NCBI GenBank assembly: GCA_965240325.2
Contig: OZ251224.1
Location: forward strand, 3,472,001 to 3,536,000
Length of the DNA: 64,000 bases
From: Rebecca billardiae RCC1528
Taxonomy: Eukaryota > Protista > Haptophyta
Reading direction: 5' to 3'
Numbering within the stretch: the first letter of the stretch is position 1; each line of letters opens with the position of its first letter. Shown piece by piece: positions 32,738 to 43,287 of the stretch. The notes below the pieces were generated by a model. That model did not search any database and was not told where the DNA came from. It saw only the letters and a program-made list of their open reading frames with translations. The translations under genes were made by a program, and so were the position numbers.

Positions 32738-33877
32738 ATGCCCGTTGTCGCCGAGGAGCAGCTGGTGCGCAAGTATGTGGCGGGCTGGCTATCGATCGCC
32801 TACTTCTTCAACTTGGCGTGCAGTATCGCCCTCGTCATCCTCCCCTTCGTCTTCGCCTACAGCTCTGACTGTGTGTGCCCGCGCGCGCGGAGTCGCGCTC
32901 GGCGGCTGCGAGCGTGCATGCTCACACGCGGCCGTCCTCCGCCCTGCGCCGCGCAGCGATGTGGCTGAAGGAGAAGGTGGTGCGCGAGCGTCCGGAGGTT
33001 CACTTCCAGCACCAGGCCCTCATCATCGCCGAGGGCGCGACGCCCGCGGACACGTACATGTACAGCACCTCGCCTCGGCTCAATGAGATGTTCGGCTCGC
33101 GGTTGCGAGCAGCGTCGCTGCGCGTGCGCGAGGACGACGCCGACTTTGACGGCCGACCGGAGGCGCTGCACGTGCACCTGACGCTGCCGCTCAACGTGGA
33201 CGAGGAGGTGCGCGGCATCACCATGTTCGTCGCGCTCGAGTACAACCTGCAGGACCACGCGCGCTTCTCGCACAATGCGACGGCGATCGTGCGCCACGCG
33301 GCCGGCGCGCCTGGCACCTCGCTGCAGCTGATCAGCGACCTGGAGCTGCGCACGGCGTCGGCGATCCCGCAGTTCGCGACGGACCTGCCCATCCCGCAGG
33401 GCCCGCCCGTGCTCGTCGGCGCCGCGCTCGAGGACCACCTGAGCGCGCTCTCTCCCGCAGCGCTCATCAGCAGGTGCGTCGCCGCGCGGCGCGTGCGGCG
33501 CGGCTGCGGTGCGGCAAGGGCCCGCCTCGAGCGCACCCGTGCATCCGCCTTGGCGCCCACGTGCCGCCGCCGCGCGCAGGTACATGAGCTACCCCGACGT
33601 CGTGCGGCTACACCCCGGCTTCCCGGTCTGGGTGCCGGGCGGCGGGCTCTCGACGTTCACGGCCAACGTGACGATGCTCACGCGGCCGGAGCTGGTGCGC
33701 GTGCAGCCGGGCGTGCTTGAGATCCTCAAGTTCGGCTGGGTGCAGTACGTGTCGTTCGTCGTGCCGCTCTTCTTCGTCCTGCGCTTCATCAAGCGCTTCG
33801 CGGCGTACCACCAGATCACGCCGTGCCGCGTGGTCGTCGACCGGCCACAGAAGAGGCTGACCGACCACGACTTCTGA
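32738..33877 (+). CDS. TMEM231: Ciliary transition-zone membrane protein TMEM231; 3 exons
   Basis: N-terminal TM segment, then MWLKEKVVRERPEVHFQHQ; C-terminal PGVLEILKFGWVQYVS plus TM. Exons 32738-32870, 32957-33473 and 33580-33877. Confidence 0.9.
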
Positions 33878-34258
33878 ATCGGACAGTCCGCCTCTCAATC
33901 TCATTCTCAACTTGGACGACGCAGGTCTGCACGAGGTATCTAGGGCGAGCTGTCGGGCCTTGGCAGAGTGCAGTTGCAGTAGGCCCGAAGGCACCGGACG
34001 GTATGCGGTATGATGAACAGCTGGCACGTGGCGACAACATTTGACGAACGAGTCAACAAGCTCGTGCGGGCGGCCACACGGGCTCCTCGGCGGCGGCATT
34101 TTCGTGCCGCGAGTCGCGCAAATATGATGGGAAAAACATTTTTCGCGCGCAGTCGTCCGGTCAAGTCCGGATCGGCCTTTTTTTCGACCCGGCGGCTGGT
34201 CGGCGAAGGGCCTGGAAGCGCGGCGGAGATTCCTCTCGAGCCTGTCCTCGTCTCGACA

Positions 34259-35026
34259 ATGTCGTTCGTCGAGCAGGCATCGGCGGCGCTCAACCCATGG
34301 GGGCTGAGCCCAGCGGCGCTCGTGGCGGGGTTCCTCGCGGTTCGTGGCGGCATCTATGTGTGGGACAACGTGGTCGAGAAGCTCGTGCTGCTCAGCGGCG
34401 CCAAAAAGCTGCCGACGCGGGCCAAGCCTGTGAAGCCCGAGCTGCAGCCGGAGCTGAACACGCTGAGCTACATCTACCTCTCGCTGAACGCGCTGAATGA
34501 GCTGATCTTCGTGATGAACATCACCTACTTCATGTGGCACTCCCCGCTCGTCAAGCTGCGGCTGAGCGAGCTCAACCCGCTCAACACCTTCCCCGCGCTG
34601 TACATGATCTTCTTTGTGCAGGATGGCGTGTACGCGCCGATGCACCGCTTCATGCACTGGCGGCCGGTGTACCCGCTGGTGCACAAGCACCACCACCGGC
34701 AGATCTACCCTTCGCGCGGGTACGCGGACGCCGCGAACGAGCACCCCATCGAGCACATGATCGGCGTGATCTGCGCATGGGCGGGCATCTTTGGTGCGGC
34801 GTACACGACGGGCGTGCACGCCGCGACGCTCGCCATCTTCTTCAACATCCACGCGGCGCTCGCGATGCTCAACCACTCGCCGTACGACGTGGAGTTCAAC
34901 ATGCTTGGCTTCAACTACTCGGTGAAGGCGCACGAGCTCCACCACCGCAAGTTCACGCTCAACTATGCGCAGTACTTCATGGCGTGGGACCGGTTGATGG
35001 GCACCTTCAAGGAGTACACCGCCTGA
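34259..35026 (+). CDS. Fatty acid hydroxylase / sterol desaturase superfamily protein
   Basis: His boxes HRFMH, HKHHH and NHS...HELHH; C-terminal NY...WDRLMGTF. Confidence 0.9.
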   Translation: MSFVEQASAALNPWGLSPAALVAGFLAVRGGIYVWDNVVEKLVLLSGAKKLPTRAKPVKPELQPELNTLSYIYLSLNALNELIFVMNITYFMWHSPLVKLRLSELNPLNTFPALYMIFFVQDGVYAPMHRFMHWRPVYPLVHKHHHRQIYPSRGYADAANEHPIEHMIGVICAWAGIFGAAYTTGVHAATLAIFFNIHAALAMLNHSPYDVEFNMLGFNYSVKAHELHHRKFTLNYAQYFMAWDRLMGTFKEYTA

Positions 35027-35609
35027 GGCCCGCCGCCCAGCGACGCCGGCAGCGCATTGTGCTTGCGAGCAGTGCGCTGCAACACTTGAGCTCGGGCTAG
35101 CTGGTCTCAGGGCATTGTCAGGACTCACTACTCAGCAGGCAAAGCTGAACGGCGCTGCCCTATTCGCGGCGCCGTCATGCGGGCAGCTCGAGCGGGTGTG
35201 GGGCAACAGGAGCATGCTCGGTCGAGACCACGTGGAAGGACTTCGTCGACAGATCACAGCAGGCGCCCGCAGCGCACGTGCAGGCGAGGCACTGTCACAG
35301 TATAGCGATGTTGCCGCGAGTAGATTCGCGACCACAGCGCTGCATCAGCAGGCGGTATATATCGTCTAGTATAGGGTAAGCAGCGCCGAGAGATGTCTGA
35401 TGATCAAGTATGAAGTACTATATATGCAGTAGAGACGAGTGTAAATGCTCAGACTACTGACTAGTAGTAGTCTAGTAGTATCTAGTAACAAGACAGTCAT
35501 CAATAACGATTATTATAAGTCGTATTAACGCGCCCGCGTATAACAGTCTGAATATAAACGGACACTCCTGACTATCCCCGGAGAGTCCGGAGACGACGAG
35601 GCGCCGCAG

Positions 35610-37952
35610 TCACCGCTCCTCCACCGGCAGCTTCACGTCGAGCGCCTTGAGCACGAAGGCAAACACATCGGCGGCCTGCGCGAGCCGCTTGCTCGTCGCC
35701 GTCCCCGCGCCGTGCCCCGCTTTCGTCTCGATGCGCGCGAGGATGGGCCGCAGCTGCGTCGGCAGCCGGCCGGCGACGTACTGCAGCTCGGCGACCATCT
35801 TGTACGTGTGCAGCGGGACGACGCGGTCGTCGTGGTCGGCGGTGGTGAAGATCATCGCGGGGTACGCCGTGTCGCGCGCGACGTTGTGGTAGGGCGAGTA
35901 CGCCGCCAGCACCGGGAAGTCCGCCTCCTCGTCGGGCGAGCCGTACTCGGAGCACCACGCCCAGCCGATCGTAAACTTGTGGAAGCGGAGCATGTCGAGC
36001 AGCCCGACCTGGCACGTGACGCACGCGAAGAGGTCGGGGCGCATGTTGGCGCACGCGGCCACGAGCAGCCCGCCGTTCGACGCGCCCTGGATGCACAGCC
36101 GGCGCGGCGAGGTGAAGCCGTGCTCGACGAGGTGCTCGGCGCACGCGATGAAGTCGTCAAAGCAGTTGGGCTTGTTCGCCTTCATGCCGGCCTCATGCCA
36201 TTCGCGGCCGTACTCGCCGCCGCCGCGGATGTTGGCGAGCGCCCAGATGCCGCGCACCGCCGGGCGGCCCGCGCCGCGCGCCACCCCGCGCTGCCAGAAC
36301 GACCTGGCCATCGACTCGCCCTCGACCGAGAGCAGCTGCAGCAGCGTGAGGTTGAGCGGGTCGAACGTGAGCCCCTTCACCACGTTGAAGCCGCCGTACG
36401 CAAACAGCGCCGCGGGCGAGTCGCCGTCGTGCAGGAACTGCTTGGGGCGCACGACGAACATGGGCACGCGCGTCGCGCCGTCCTTCGACGTGACGAAGCG
36501 CTGCTCCACCTCGAAGTCCGACGTGTCCAGCCCGCTCACCGTCGTCTCGAGCGCGCGCACGAGCTCGCCGGTCGCCGGCACATACCGCAGGACCATCGGC
36601 GGCGTGAGGAACGACTCAAAGCGGAAGTGGAGATCTGAGTGCTCGCGCTCGCCGCTGATGCCGGAGACGACGCCCGGCCCGGGGAGTGGGATGGCGCGCT
36701 CGAACGTGCCGTCGAGCGTGTACTGGTGCAGCTCGTCCTTCGCGTCGTTCATGTACTTGAGGATCAGCCGCTCGTCGACGCAGTGGCCGCCGCGCGCGTA
36801 GTCGCCGCCGCCGAGCGTGTGCTCAGACTCCGGCACCACCACGCGCCACTCGGCCGGGAGCGGGCGGCGCACGTCGATGGCGACGATGTGGTAGCGCGGC
36901 GCGCCCTGGTTCGTGAAGAACGTCCACACCGGCCCGTCCGTCGTCACCAGCTCCCACTTGGCGTCGAAGTTGTCGATGAGCGGCTTGAAACCCCACGCGA
37001 GCGCGAGCGCGGCGACTGGGTCGGCGCCGCTCGGCGCGCCTTCCTCGGCCGGCTCGGGCGGCGCCGAGGGCACGCCGCCCAGGCCCATCTCGCGGTACCA
37101 CACCTGGTTGAACTTGCCCCGCCGGATCAAGAGCACGAGGCACGCGCCGTCGCGCGTCAGCTCCGCGCTGAACAGCAGCTTGTCGCCGTCGGCGCACGCG
37201 AACACGACAACGTCGTCGCGCTGCGGCGCGCCCAGCCGGTGGAACGCGAGCTGCATGCCCGTCGTCGGCCGCGTGGCGGCGGCGGCGGGCTCGGCCGCGG
37301 CGGCGGCGTCGCCAGCATCGCCCGCCGGCGCGGGGAACCGGTTGTAGAAGAAGCCCGACCCGTCGTGCGCCCACTCGATCGAGGTGAACTTGCACCAGCG
37401 CAGGGCGTCGCGCTCGTCCATCGCCGAGGCGACGTCGCGCACGTAGATGGTGCGCCAGTCGCTCCCCGCGGTGGACAGGGCGTACGCGAGCTTGGTCGCG
37501 TCGCGAGAGAAGGCGTGCGCGCCGACCGAGGTCGTCCCGTCGTCAGAGAGCAGGTTCGGGTCGAGCAGTATCGAGAGGGGCGCGCGCTCGCTCTCGGCCG
37601 TGTACAGCACCGGCTGGTTCTGCAGGCCCTCCTTCTTCCAGTAGGCGATGAGCTCGGTGCCGGCGCGTCCGACGCGCTCGTACGAGCCGATCTTTGGGTA
37701 GTCGTAGTTGGCGCGCAGCTGCTCGAGGATCTGCTCGCGGTCGACCCCGCAGTGGAAGAGGTACGCCTGCGTGAGCGCGTTCTGCTGCGCCACAAACTCG
37801 CGCGTCTCGTCGGCCTCCGGGTCTTCGAGGTGGCGATACGGATCAGTGATGAGCTCGCCACCGAAGTGCTCCTCCGTCACGGACAGGTCCCGGCGCACCT
37901 CTGGGTACGCCAGCGTGATGGTCCCCTCCTCGCCACCGTCGACCTCGATCAT
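35610..37952 (-). CDS. Prolyl oligopeptidase (S9A)
   Basis: DPYRHLED, beta-propeller LLDPN, NIRGGGEYG, nucleophile GASNGG, DHDDRV and GHGAG. The start may extend to 38036. Confidence 0.95.
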   Translation of the reverse strand: MIEVDGGEEGTITLAYPEVRRDLSVTEEHFGGELITDPYRHLEDPEADETREFVAQQNALTQAYLFHCGVDREQILEQLRANYDYPKIGSYERVGRAGTELIAYWKKEGLQNQPVLYTAESERAPLSILLDPNLLSDDGTTSVGAHAFSRDATKLAYALSTAGSDWRTIYVRDVASAMDERDALRWCKFTSIEWAHDGSGFFYNRFPAPAGDAGDAAAAAEPAAAATRPTTGMQLAFHRLGAPQRDDVVVFACADGDKLLFSAELTRDGACLVLLIRRGKFNQVWYREMGLGGVPSAPPEPAEEGAPSGADPVAALALAWGFKPLIDNFDAKWELVTTDGPVWTFFTNQGAPRYHIVAIDVRRPLPAEWRVVVPESEHTLGGGDYARGGHCVDERLILKYMNDAKDELHQYTLDGTFERAIPLPGPGVVSGISGEREHSDLHFRFESFLTPPMVLRYVPATGELVRALETTVSGLDTSDFEVEQRFVTSKDGATRVPMFVVRPKQFLHDGDSPAALFAYGGFNVVKGLTFDPLNLTLLQLLSVEGESMARSFWQRGVARGAGRPAVRGIWALANIRGGGEYGREWHEAGMKANKPNCFDDFIACAEHLVEHGFTSPRRLCIQGASNGGLLVAACANMRPDLFACVTCQVGLLDMLRFHKFTIGWAWCSEYGSPDEEADFPVLAAYSPYHNVARDTAYPAMIFTTADHDDRVVPLHTYKMVAELQYVAGRLPTQLRPILARIETKAGHGAGTATSKRLAQAADVFAFVLKALDVKLPVEER

Positions 37953-38326
37953 ACCGAGCTTGCCTGCGGCCGAGACTGTATGCGGCCGAGCTTGATGCAC
38001 GATGGCTGCTGCGGCCGAGACTCTATGCGGCCGCATACGATTTCATCATCATCATCGTCAGATTCCAAGATTCCTCACATTCTACTAGATAGAATAGCGG
38101 GCGGGCGCGCCGGTTCGGCAAATGTGGTCGGTGCGCTTTTCGTCAGGCGCCGCGGGCGGGCAGGTCCGCGGCTTGAGATTTGTAGAGATTGCGGTTGGCC
38201 AGCCCCGGCGAGCGACGACCCGGACCCACGTGGTGCTCGGTCCAACTCGCGTGAATCTGCAACGCCGTCGGCCCAAACGCGGTGCCCGAGACCCGCGTCG
38301 CCTGCTCCGAGCTTCTCACTCGCACG

Positions 38327-39755
38327 ATGGGGAACTGCCAGCCCGCGAACGCGTCGAAGCATCCGCGCGAGAATGACCTGATGAGCGCGCCGATGCAGCC
38401 GCGGTACCGCGTTGCGATCATCGAGTTCAACGTGCCCGGCGCGAAGAACGGCGGCTCGGACAAGGGCGGCGACGGCCACCGCATCGACTCGATCCCGATC
38501 GCGAACGGCGTGGTGCGCGCGGGCGGCAGCTGCAACATCGTGAAGTACTACCACGACAAGCACGCCGAGTTCACGAGCCAGGTGCAGGGCTACGACGCGC
38601 TCATCGTGCGCATCAACCCCGGCCAGCTCTCGCAGGGGACGCTGCCGGGCACGCAGGAGCGCTTCGACAAGCTGATGAACTCGCTGCTGGCGAAGGGCAA
38701 GATCATCTGGTCGTCGCCGGACGTGCAGACGAAGATGGGCGCCAAGGACGCGCTCGTCAAGATCAAGGACCTCTCGGTCGGCCTCGAGGACACCTTCGCC
38801 TACTACACGAAGGCGGAGCTCGAGCGAGGCTTCAAGCGCTCGATGGCGTTCCAGCCGCGCGTGATCAAGCAGAACCGCGGCTCGGCGGGCGAGGGGATCT
38901 GGCTGGCGTGGCTCGAGGGGAAGGACTACTGCAAGAAGCTCGGCGACGCCGTGCTCACCGACAGCGACAAGCTCAAGCTGATGGAGATGAACGACAACCA
39001 CGTCGAGTACCACACGGTCGGCGAGTTCATCGAGTTCTGCGTCAAGGGCCCGACCAAGAAGGCCGGTGCGTGCGCGCACGCGGCGCGGGGGGCGTCGAGG
39101 GCGGGCGGGCGGGCGGGACGGGTGGCGTGCGCGGCGTCGGCCGCGGCCGCGCTCACGCCGCGCGCCCTGCGCGCCGGATGCGCGCGCCGACGCGACCGCC
39201 GCCCTCGCAGGCAAGTGGGATTCGACGTTTCCGGGCAAGTACCTGGAGGGCGGCAAGGCGGCGGGCGGGCAGCTCGTGGACCAGCGGCTGCTGCCGCGCA
39301 TCTCGGAGGGCGAGGTGCGCATGCTGATGGTCAGGGACAAGCTGCACATCATCATCCACAAGAAGCCCGAGGGCGGCCTCTCGGCGGTCGGCGGCAACTC
39401 TGCGTACACCTACTACAAGCCGGGCTCGAAGAAGTACGAGGCGCTGGAGACCAAGTTCATCGGCTCGGACATCAAGCAGCTGCAGAAGGCGCTCGGGATC
39501 GAGAACGAGCCGCTGCCGCTGCTGTGGACGGGCGACTTCATCCCGATGGACGGCGAGCAGCCCGGCACCACCGAGTACGTCGTCGGCGAGTTCAACTGCT
39601 CGTGCGTCGGCATCTCCAAGTTCCAGGCGGTGTGCGGCGGCGAGAAGACGCTCAAGCATGTGCCGGACGCGGACTACTACGAGGCGAGCGAGCTGACGGA
39701 CCTGATGGGCTCGACCGCGCTCGAGATCCTCGACGAGAAGCATCGCCGCGCTTGA
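38327..39755 (+). CDS. Cj0069-like ATP-grasp protein with an N-terminal MGNC acylation motif; 2 exons
   Basis: GGSDKGGDGHRIDSIP, MGAKDALVKI, RVIKQNRGSAGEGIW, LPRISEGEVR, LPLLWTGDFI and GEFNCSCVG motifs. Intron at 39066-39210. Confidence 0.85.
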
Positions 39756-40007
39756 GCGCCTCCCGGAGAAATAGTATTACCTGGCAACAGTGACTGTGAC
39801 GACTGACGACTCAGTCGTAAGACAGTGTTCATCACTAAGAGTAAGACTACAGGCGGAGCAGTCGTGAGCACGCTTGCTCAGAAATTGACGCCGGACCAGT
39901 CGTTCGGCGTGCGTCCGGACGCGGTCCCGCGCGGGCAGTTTTTGAACACGCCAGGAGTGAGCGCTGCGGCGGGCGTGAGATCCCAAGCGGTGCCTGGGCG
40001 GACGGTT

Positions 40008-42563
40008 ATGACCACGGACGTCGTGTACGGCGCGATCGCGCGCGCGACCGCGCACCTCTCACAGCTGGGGGCGGACGCCGTCGCGTTCGCGGCGGAGAAG
40101 GAGGCGGAGCTTGTCCTCCGGTACGAGCTGCCCACCACCCCGGAGGGCGTCCTCTCCGTCCCAACCGCCGAGTGGCGCAACCACGTGGAAGATACGTCGC
40201 GCGTGTTTGCCGAGCTGTCGCGCGCCTCGATCAGCGCGGTGGAGGAGGAGCTGCGCGCGCTGAACAAGTCGATGCGCTCGGAGCTCGGCGTGAAGGTCGA
40301 CGAGGCCGCCTCGCGCGCCGCGGAGCGCACGCGCTACCTCTCCCAGCGCACCGAGAGCAAGGTGGAGAATGCGCGCAAGGCGGCGCTGCAGGAGGCGCAG
40401 ACGATCCTCGCGCGTGAGCGCGGCGCGATGGCGCAGGAGCTGGCGCAGCTGCGCGACGAGGTGAGCCAGCTGAAGGTTGAGGCGGCCGAGCGCTCGCACA
40501 AGAGCCGGAAGCCACGCGCCTCCCCCGCAGCGAGCACGCCCGCCGAGCGTCTCTCTCGCTCTCTCTCGAGCTCGCTGCTGCCGCCATCGTGGCCAAGCTC
40601 GCCCAGCTCCGGCGACGAGAGCGGCAGCGGCTCGGAGGGCGAGGAGCGCGCGCGCTCGTCGCGCGCGCAGCTCGAGGAGCTCCGCTCGCAGCTTGGCACC
40701 GAGCGCCGCGAGCAGGTCCGCCTGCACGAGAGCATCGGCCTGCTGCGCGTGCAGCTGAAGCGGAAGGAGGCGGCCGAGCGCGCGGCGCGCGAGTCGGCCG
40801 AGACGCGCGCCGTCGAGCTCGAGGCGCTGCGCGCGGCGCACGCCGAGCTGGACAAGCGCGCGGGCCAGAGCGCGCTGGAGGCGGCGGAGGCGAGCCGCAA
40901 GGCCGAGCGCTACCTCGCCGACCGGATCGAGCTCAAGGCGCAGCTGAAGGCCGCTGCCGAGCAGCAGCGGCTCGCAGACGCCTCGGCGGCGGGCGGCGCG
41001 AGCGTTGGGGACGTGGCCGGCGCGGCGATGGCGCACTCGGCGCTGGCGAAGCAGCGCGCGGAGCAGCTCCGCGGCGGCGCCGAGCGCGGCACGGCCACTG
41101 CCTCCACGCAGACCAAGCCGATGCCACCGCCCACCAGGCGCGCCAGCGTGGGCACGCCGACGAGCGCGGGCGCGGCCGCCGCCGGACGGCCCTCGCCCGC
41201 CGCCCGCGTCGCCCGGCGCTCCAGCCTCTCCCCGTCGCCCTCCTCCACGTCCCCGCCCTCGAGGGCGGAGGCCTCGCCAGTCGCGCTCGCGGGGAAGGCG
41301 GCCGAGTCGAGCGCGCAGCATGACGCGCCCGCGCCGCTCCGCTCGGCTCCGACGCGCACCGAAGCCGGCACGCAGTGCGACGCGGCCGTGACGACGGCCG
41401 CGCGCCCGGCCGCCACCACTGCTGAGGCTGGTGTGCAGTGCGGTGCTGCTCCTGCGGCGGAGCATGAGCGCGCGCCGGCGCGTGCCGTGACGGCCACGGC
41501 TGATGCCGGCGTGCAGGCAGCCCTCTCGCCCCCGCTCGCCGCGGCTGCCGCGGCCGTGCCCGGCACGCTCGCCGCGCCATCGCCCAGGGCCGGGCCCAGC
41601 CCAAGCGCGCCAGGCTCGCCGCGTCGGGGCTTTGCCGAGCCGAGGGCGCACGGCGGCGGCGGGGCCCACGACACGCAGCCTGCCGCCGCAGCCGGCGCGC
41701 GCGGCGCGAGCGGCGAGTGCGGCGAGAGCCTGGCCATCGCAGCGGCGGGCGTGGCCGAGGGCAGCGGGCGGCAGGTGGGCGGCTCGATGGGCCCTCGCCG
41801 CGCGCGGCCGGTCCGCTCGGCGCCCGTCAGTCGCGCCGCCACCGCCGCCAGCCTCACCGTGGGCGACGGTGCGCACGGCGCGCTCGCGGCTCACGTGCAA
41901 CTGACGAGCTCCGCGGGCGATCTGGAGGTGCGCCCGGCCGCGAGCGCGACGCAGGCGTACGCGGCAGATGAGCGCGCCGCGCAGAGCTCGGCCTCGACCC
42001 CGCGTGACCCGGCGAGCACATCCACGAGCGCCCAGCCGCACACGAACAGCCGAGCCCCGCAGCCGCACCGGGCGTACGGCTTGGGCCGTGCGGCAAGTGC
42101 CGAGCGCTCGCGCGGGCCGGTGGCCGACCCGTACGAGCGCGCGGCGCTTAAGGACGGTGGGAGCCGCTCGTGGCGGACGGCGCTGAGCGAGGTGAACCAC
42201 AGCGCGGGCTGGGGCAACAGCGCTGCCGGCTTCAGCACGCCCGCACGCGCCGGCCCGGGCGGCGTGCCGGCCGCGCAGTACGAGCACATGTTCGGCTCGG
42301 GCGGTGGCGGGGCCGTCGGCGCCGCGCGGCCGCCGACGGCCAGCGGGAGCTTCAAGAGCTTCGCGCAGGCGGCGCAGCACTTGCCCAGCCCACGCGACGC
42401 AGCGCCGCCGCCGCCAATCCAGCTGACGCGCTCGATGAGCAGCGCAACGCGCCGACCGCTCTCCACGTCCGCGAGCCGTCGGAGCAGCGCAGGCACGGAG
42501 CGTGCGGGGCCGTCACGCGCGTCGGTGGCGTCGCTCTGGGGCCTCGACGTCGCGGTCTTCTGA
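40008..42563 (+). CDS. Hypothetical coiled-coil protein with a low-complexity Ala/Ser/Pro tail
   Basis: Long ORF with host-like codon usage, heptad-rich E/L/A/R segments and repeated T(Q/E)AG(T/V)Q / STQT motifs resembling LC8-binding sites. Start uncertain. Confidence 0.65.
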   Translation: MTTDVVYGAIARATAHLSQLGADAVAFAAEKEAELVLRYELPTTPEGVLSVPTAEWRNHVEDTSRVFAELSRASISAVEEELRALNKSMRSELGVKVDEAASRAAERTRYLSQRTESKVENARKAALQEAQTILARERGAMAQELAQLRDEVSQLKVEAAERSHKSRKPRASPAASTPAERLSRSLSSSLLPPSWPSSPSSGDESGSGSEGEERARSSRAQLEELRSQLGTERREQVRLHESIGLLRVQLKRKEAAERAARESAETRAVELEALRAAHAELDKRAGQSALEAAEASRKAERYLADRIELKAQLKAAAEQQRLADASAAGGASVGDVAGAAMAHSALAKQRAEQLRGGAERGTATASTQTKPMPPPTRRASVGTPTSAGAAAAGRPSPAARVARRSSLSPSPSSTSPPSRAEASPVALAGKAAESSAQHDAPAPLRSAPTRTEAGTQCDAAVTTAARPAATTAEAGVQCGAAPAAEHERAPARAVTATADAGVQAALSPPLAAAAAAVPGTLAAPSPRAGPSPSAPGSPRRGFAEPRAHGGGGAHDTQPAAAAGARGASGECGESLAIAAAGVAEGSGRQVGGSMGPRRARPVRSAPVSRAATAASLTVGDGAHGALAAHVQLTSSAGDLEVRPAASATQAYAADERAAQSSASTPRDPASTSTSAQPHTNSRAPQPHRAYGLGRAASAERSRGPVADPYERAALKDGGSRSWRTALSEVNHSAGWGNSAAGFSTPARAGPGGVPAAQYEHMFGSGGGGAVGAARPPTASGSFKSFAQAAQHLPSPRDAAPPPPIQLTRSMSSATRRPLSTSASRRSSAGTERAGPSRASVASLWGLDVAVF

Positions 42564-42590
42564 CGGCCTGGCAGCACTCTGACAGCACTA

Positions 42591-42693
42591 GCTGAGCTGT
42601 GTGCGTCTCGATCTTAGTATTCCCTTCTTAGTAATAAACGTACTGTCTGCCTGAGCTGTGTGCGTCTCTTATTCTTAGTAAACTGACACTGTA
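42591..42693 (-). mobile_element. Two degenerate family A MITE termini
   Basis: CTGCCTGAGCTGTGTGCGTCTCTTATTCTTAGTAAACTG at 42647-42685 and a partial copy at 42591-42619. Confidence 0.7.
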
Positions 42694-42837
42694 CACATCA
42701 GCCTGTGACATCAGCATCATACTTTCCTGTAACCGCCGGTCGTGGTCGCCTTGCCAGCAAGTTGCCAGCCGTCCGGCAAGCTGTATTCTCTTCGGAGAGC
42801 GTGCGATGAAGGATGGCGCGGCAACCTGCCACGTGAG

Positions 42838-42871
42838 CCTTAATTACGCACGTTAAAACAAATAAACTGTA
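42838..42871 (-). mobile_element. Family B terminus variant
   Basis: CCTTAATTACGCACGTTAAAACAAATAAACTGTA. Confidence 0.6.
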
Positions 42872-42880
42872 GCTGGCCGG

Positions 42881-43287
42881 CATAAAGACTGGCCGCGGAT
42901 GGACCTCAGGATGGAGGCCGTTTTGAACGCGCTCGCGCGCGGCGAGGTGAAGCGTGCAGGGGCGTTCGGCGCTGTGGGCCCCTCGAGGGCGTCAAGGTGG
43001 ACCGCGCCCAAGCGGCTGTCGCCCCCTGGAGCGGCCTCTCCGCGCCGTGCGAGTCCGCGGCGCGCGGGCGGTACACGACCTCCTGTCTGACGCCCGAAGG
43101 TACGAGTGGTCGGCTCCCACTGCGCCTGCCAGCGGGCGAAGTCAGCGGCAGAGCGGCCGGGAGCGTCGCCATTTCCGCAAACGCAGCAAAATGTTTATTT
43201 TCGTGTAGTTTTGCGGCCAACGACCACTCGTACCTCGGGCCGTCAGAAAAAGCTATGGGAGCGTCGCCACATCGGCCAGTCTTTATG
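42881..43287. mobile_element. 407-bp MITE-like insertion with a perfect 15-bp TIR
   Basis: CATAAAGACTGGCCG (42881-95) and CGGCCAGTCTTTATG (43273-87). The flanks rejoin into an EsV-1-7 repeat sequence. Confidence 0.75.

Noticed and set aside
42997-43254. N-terminal extension of the EsV-1-7 ORF given in the ORF track
   Set aside because: It starts at GTG and lies within the MITE-like insertion.
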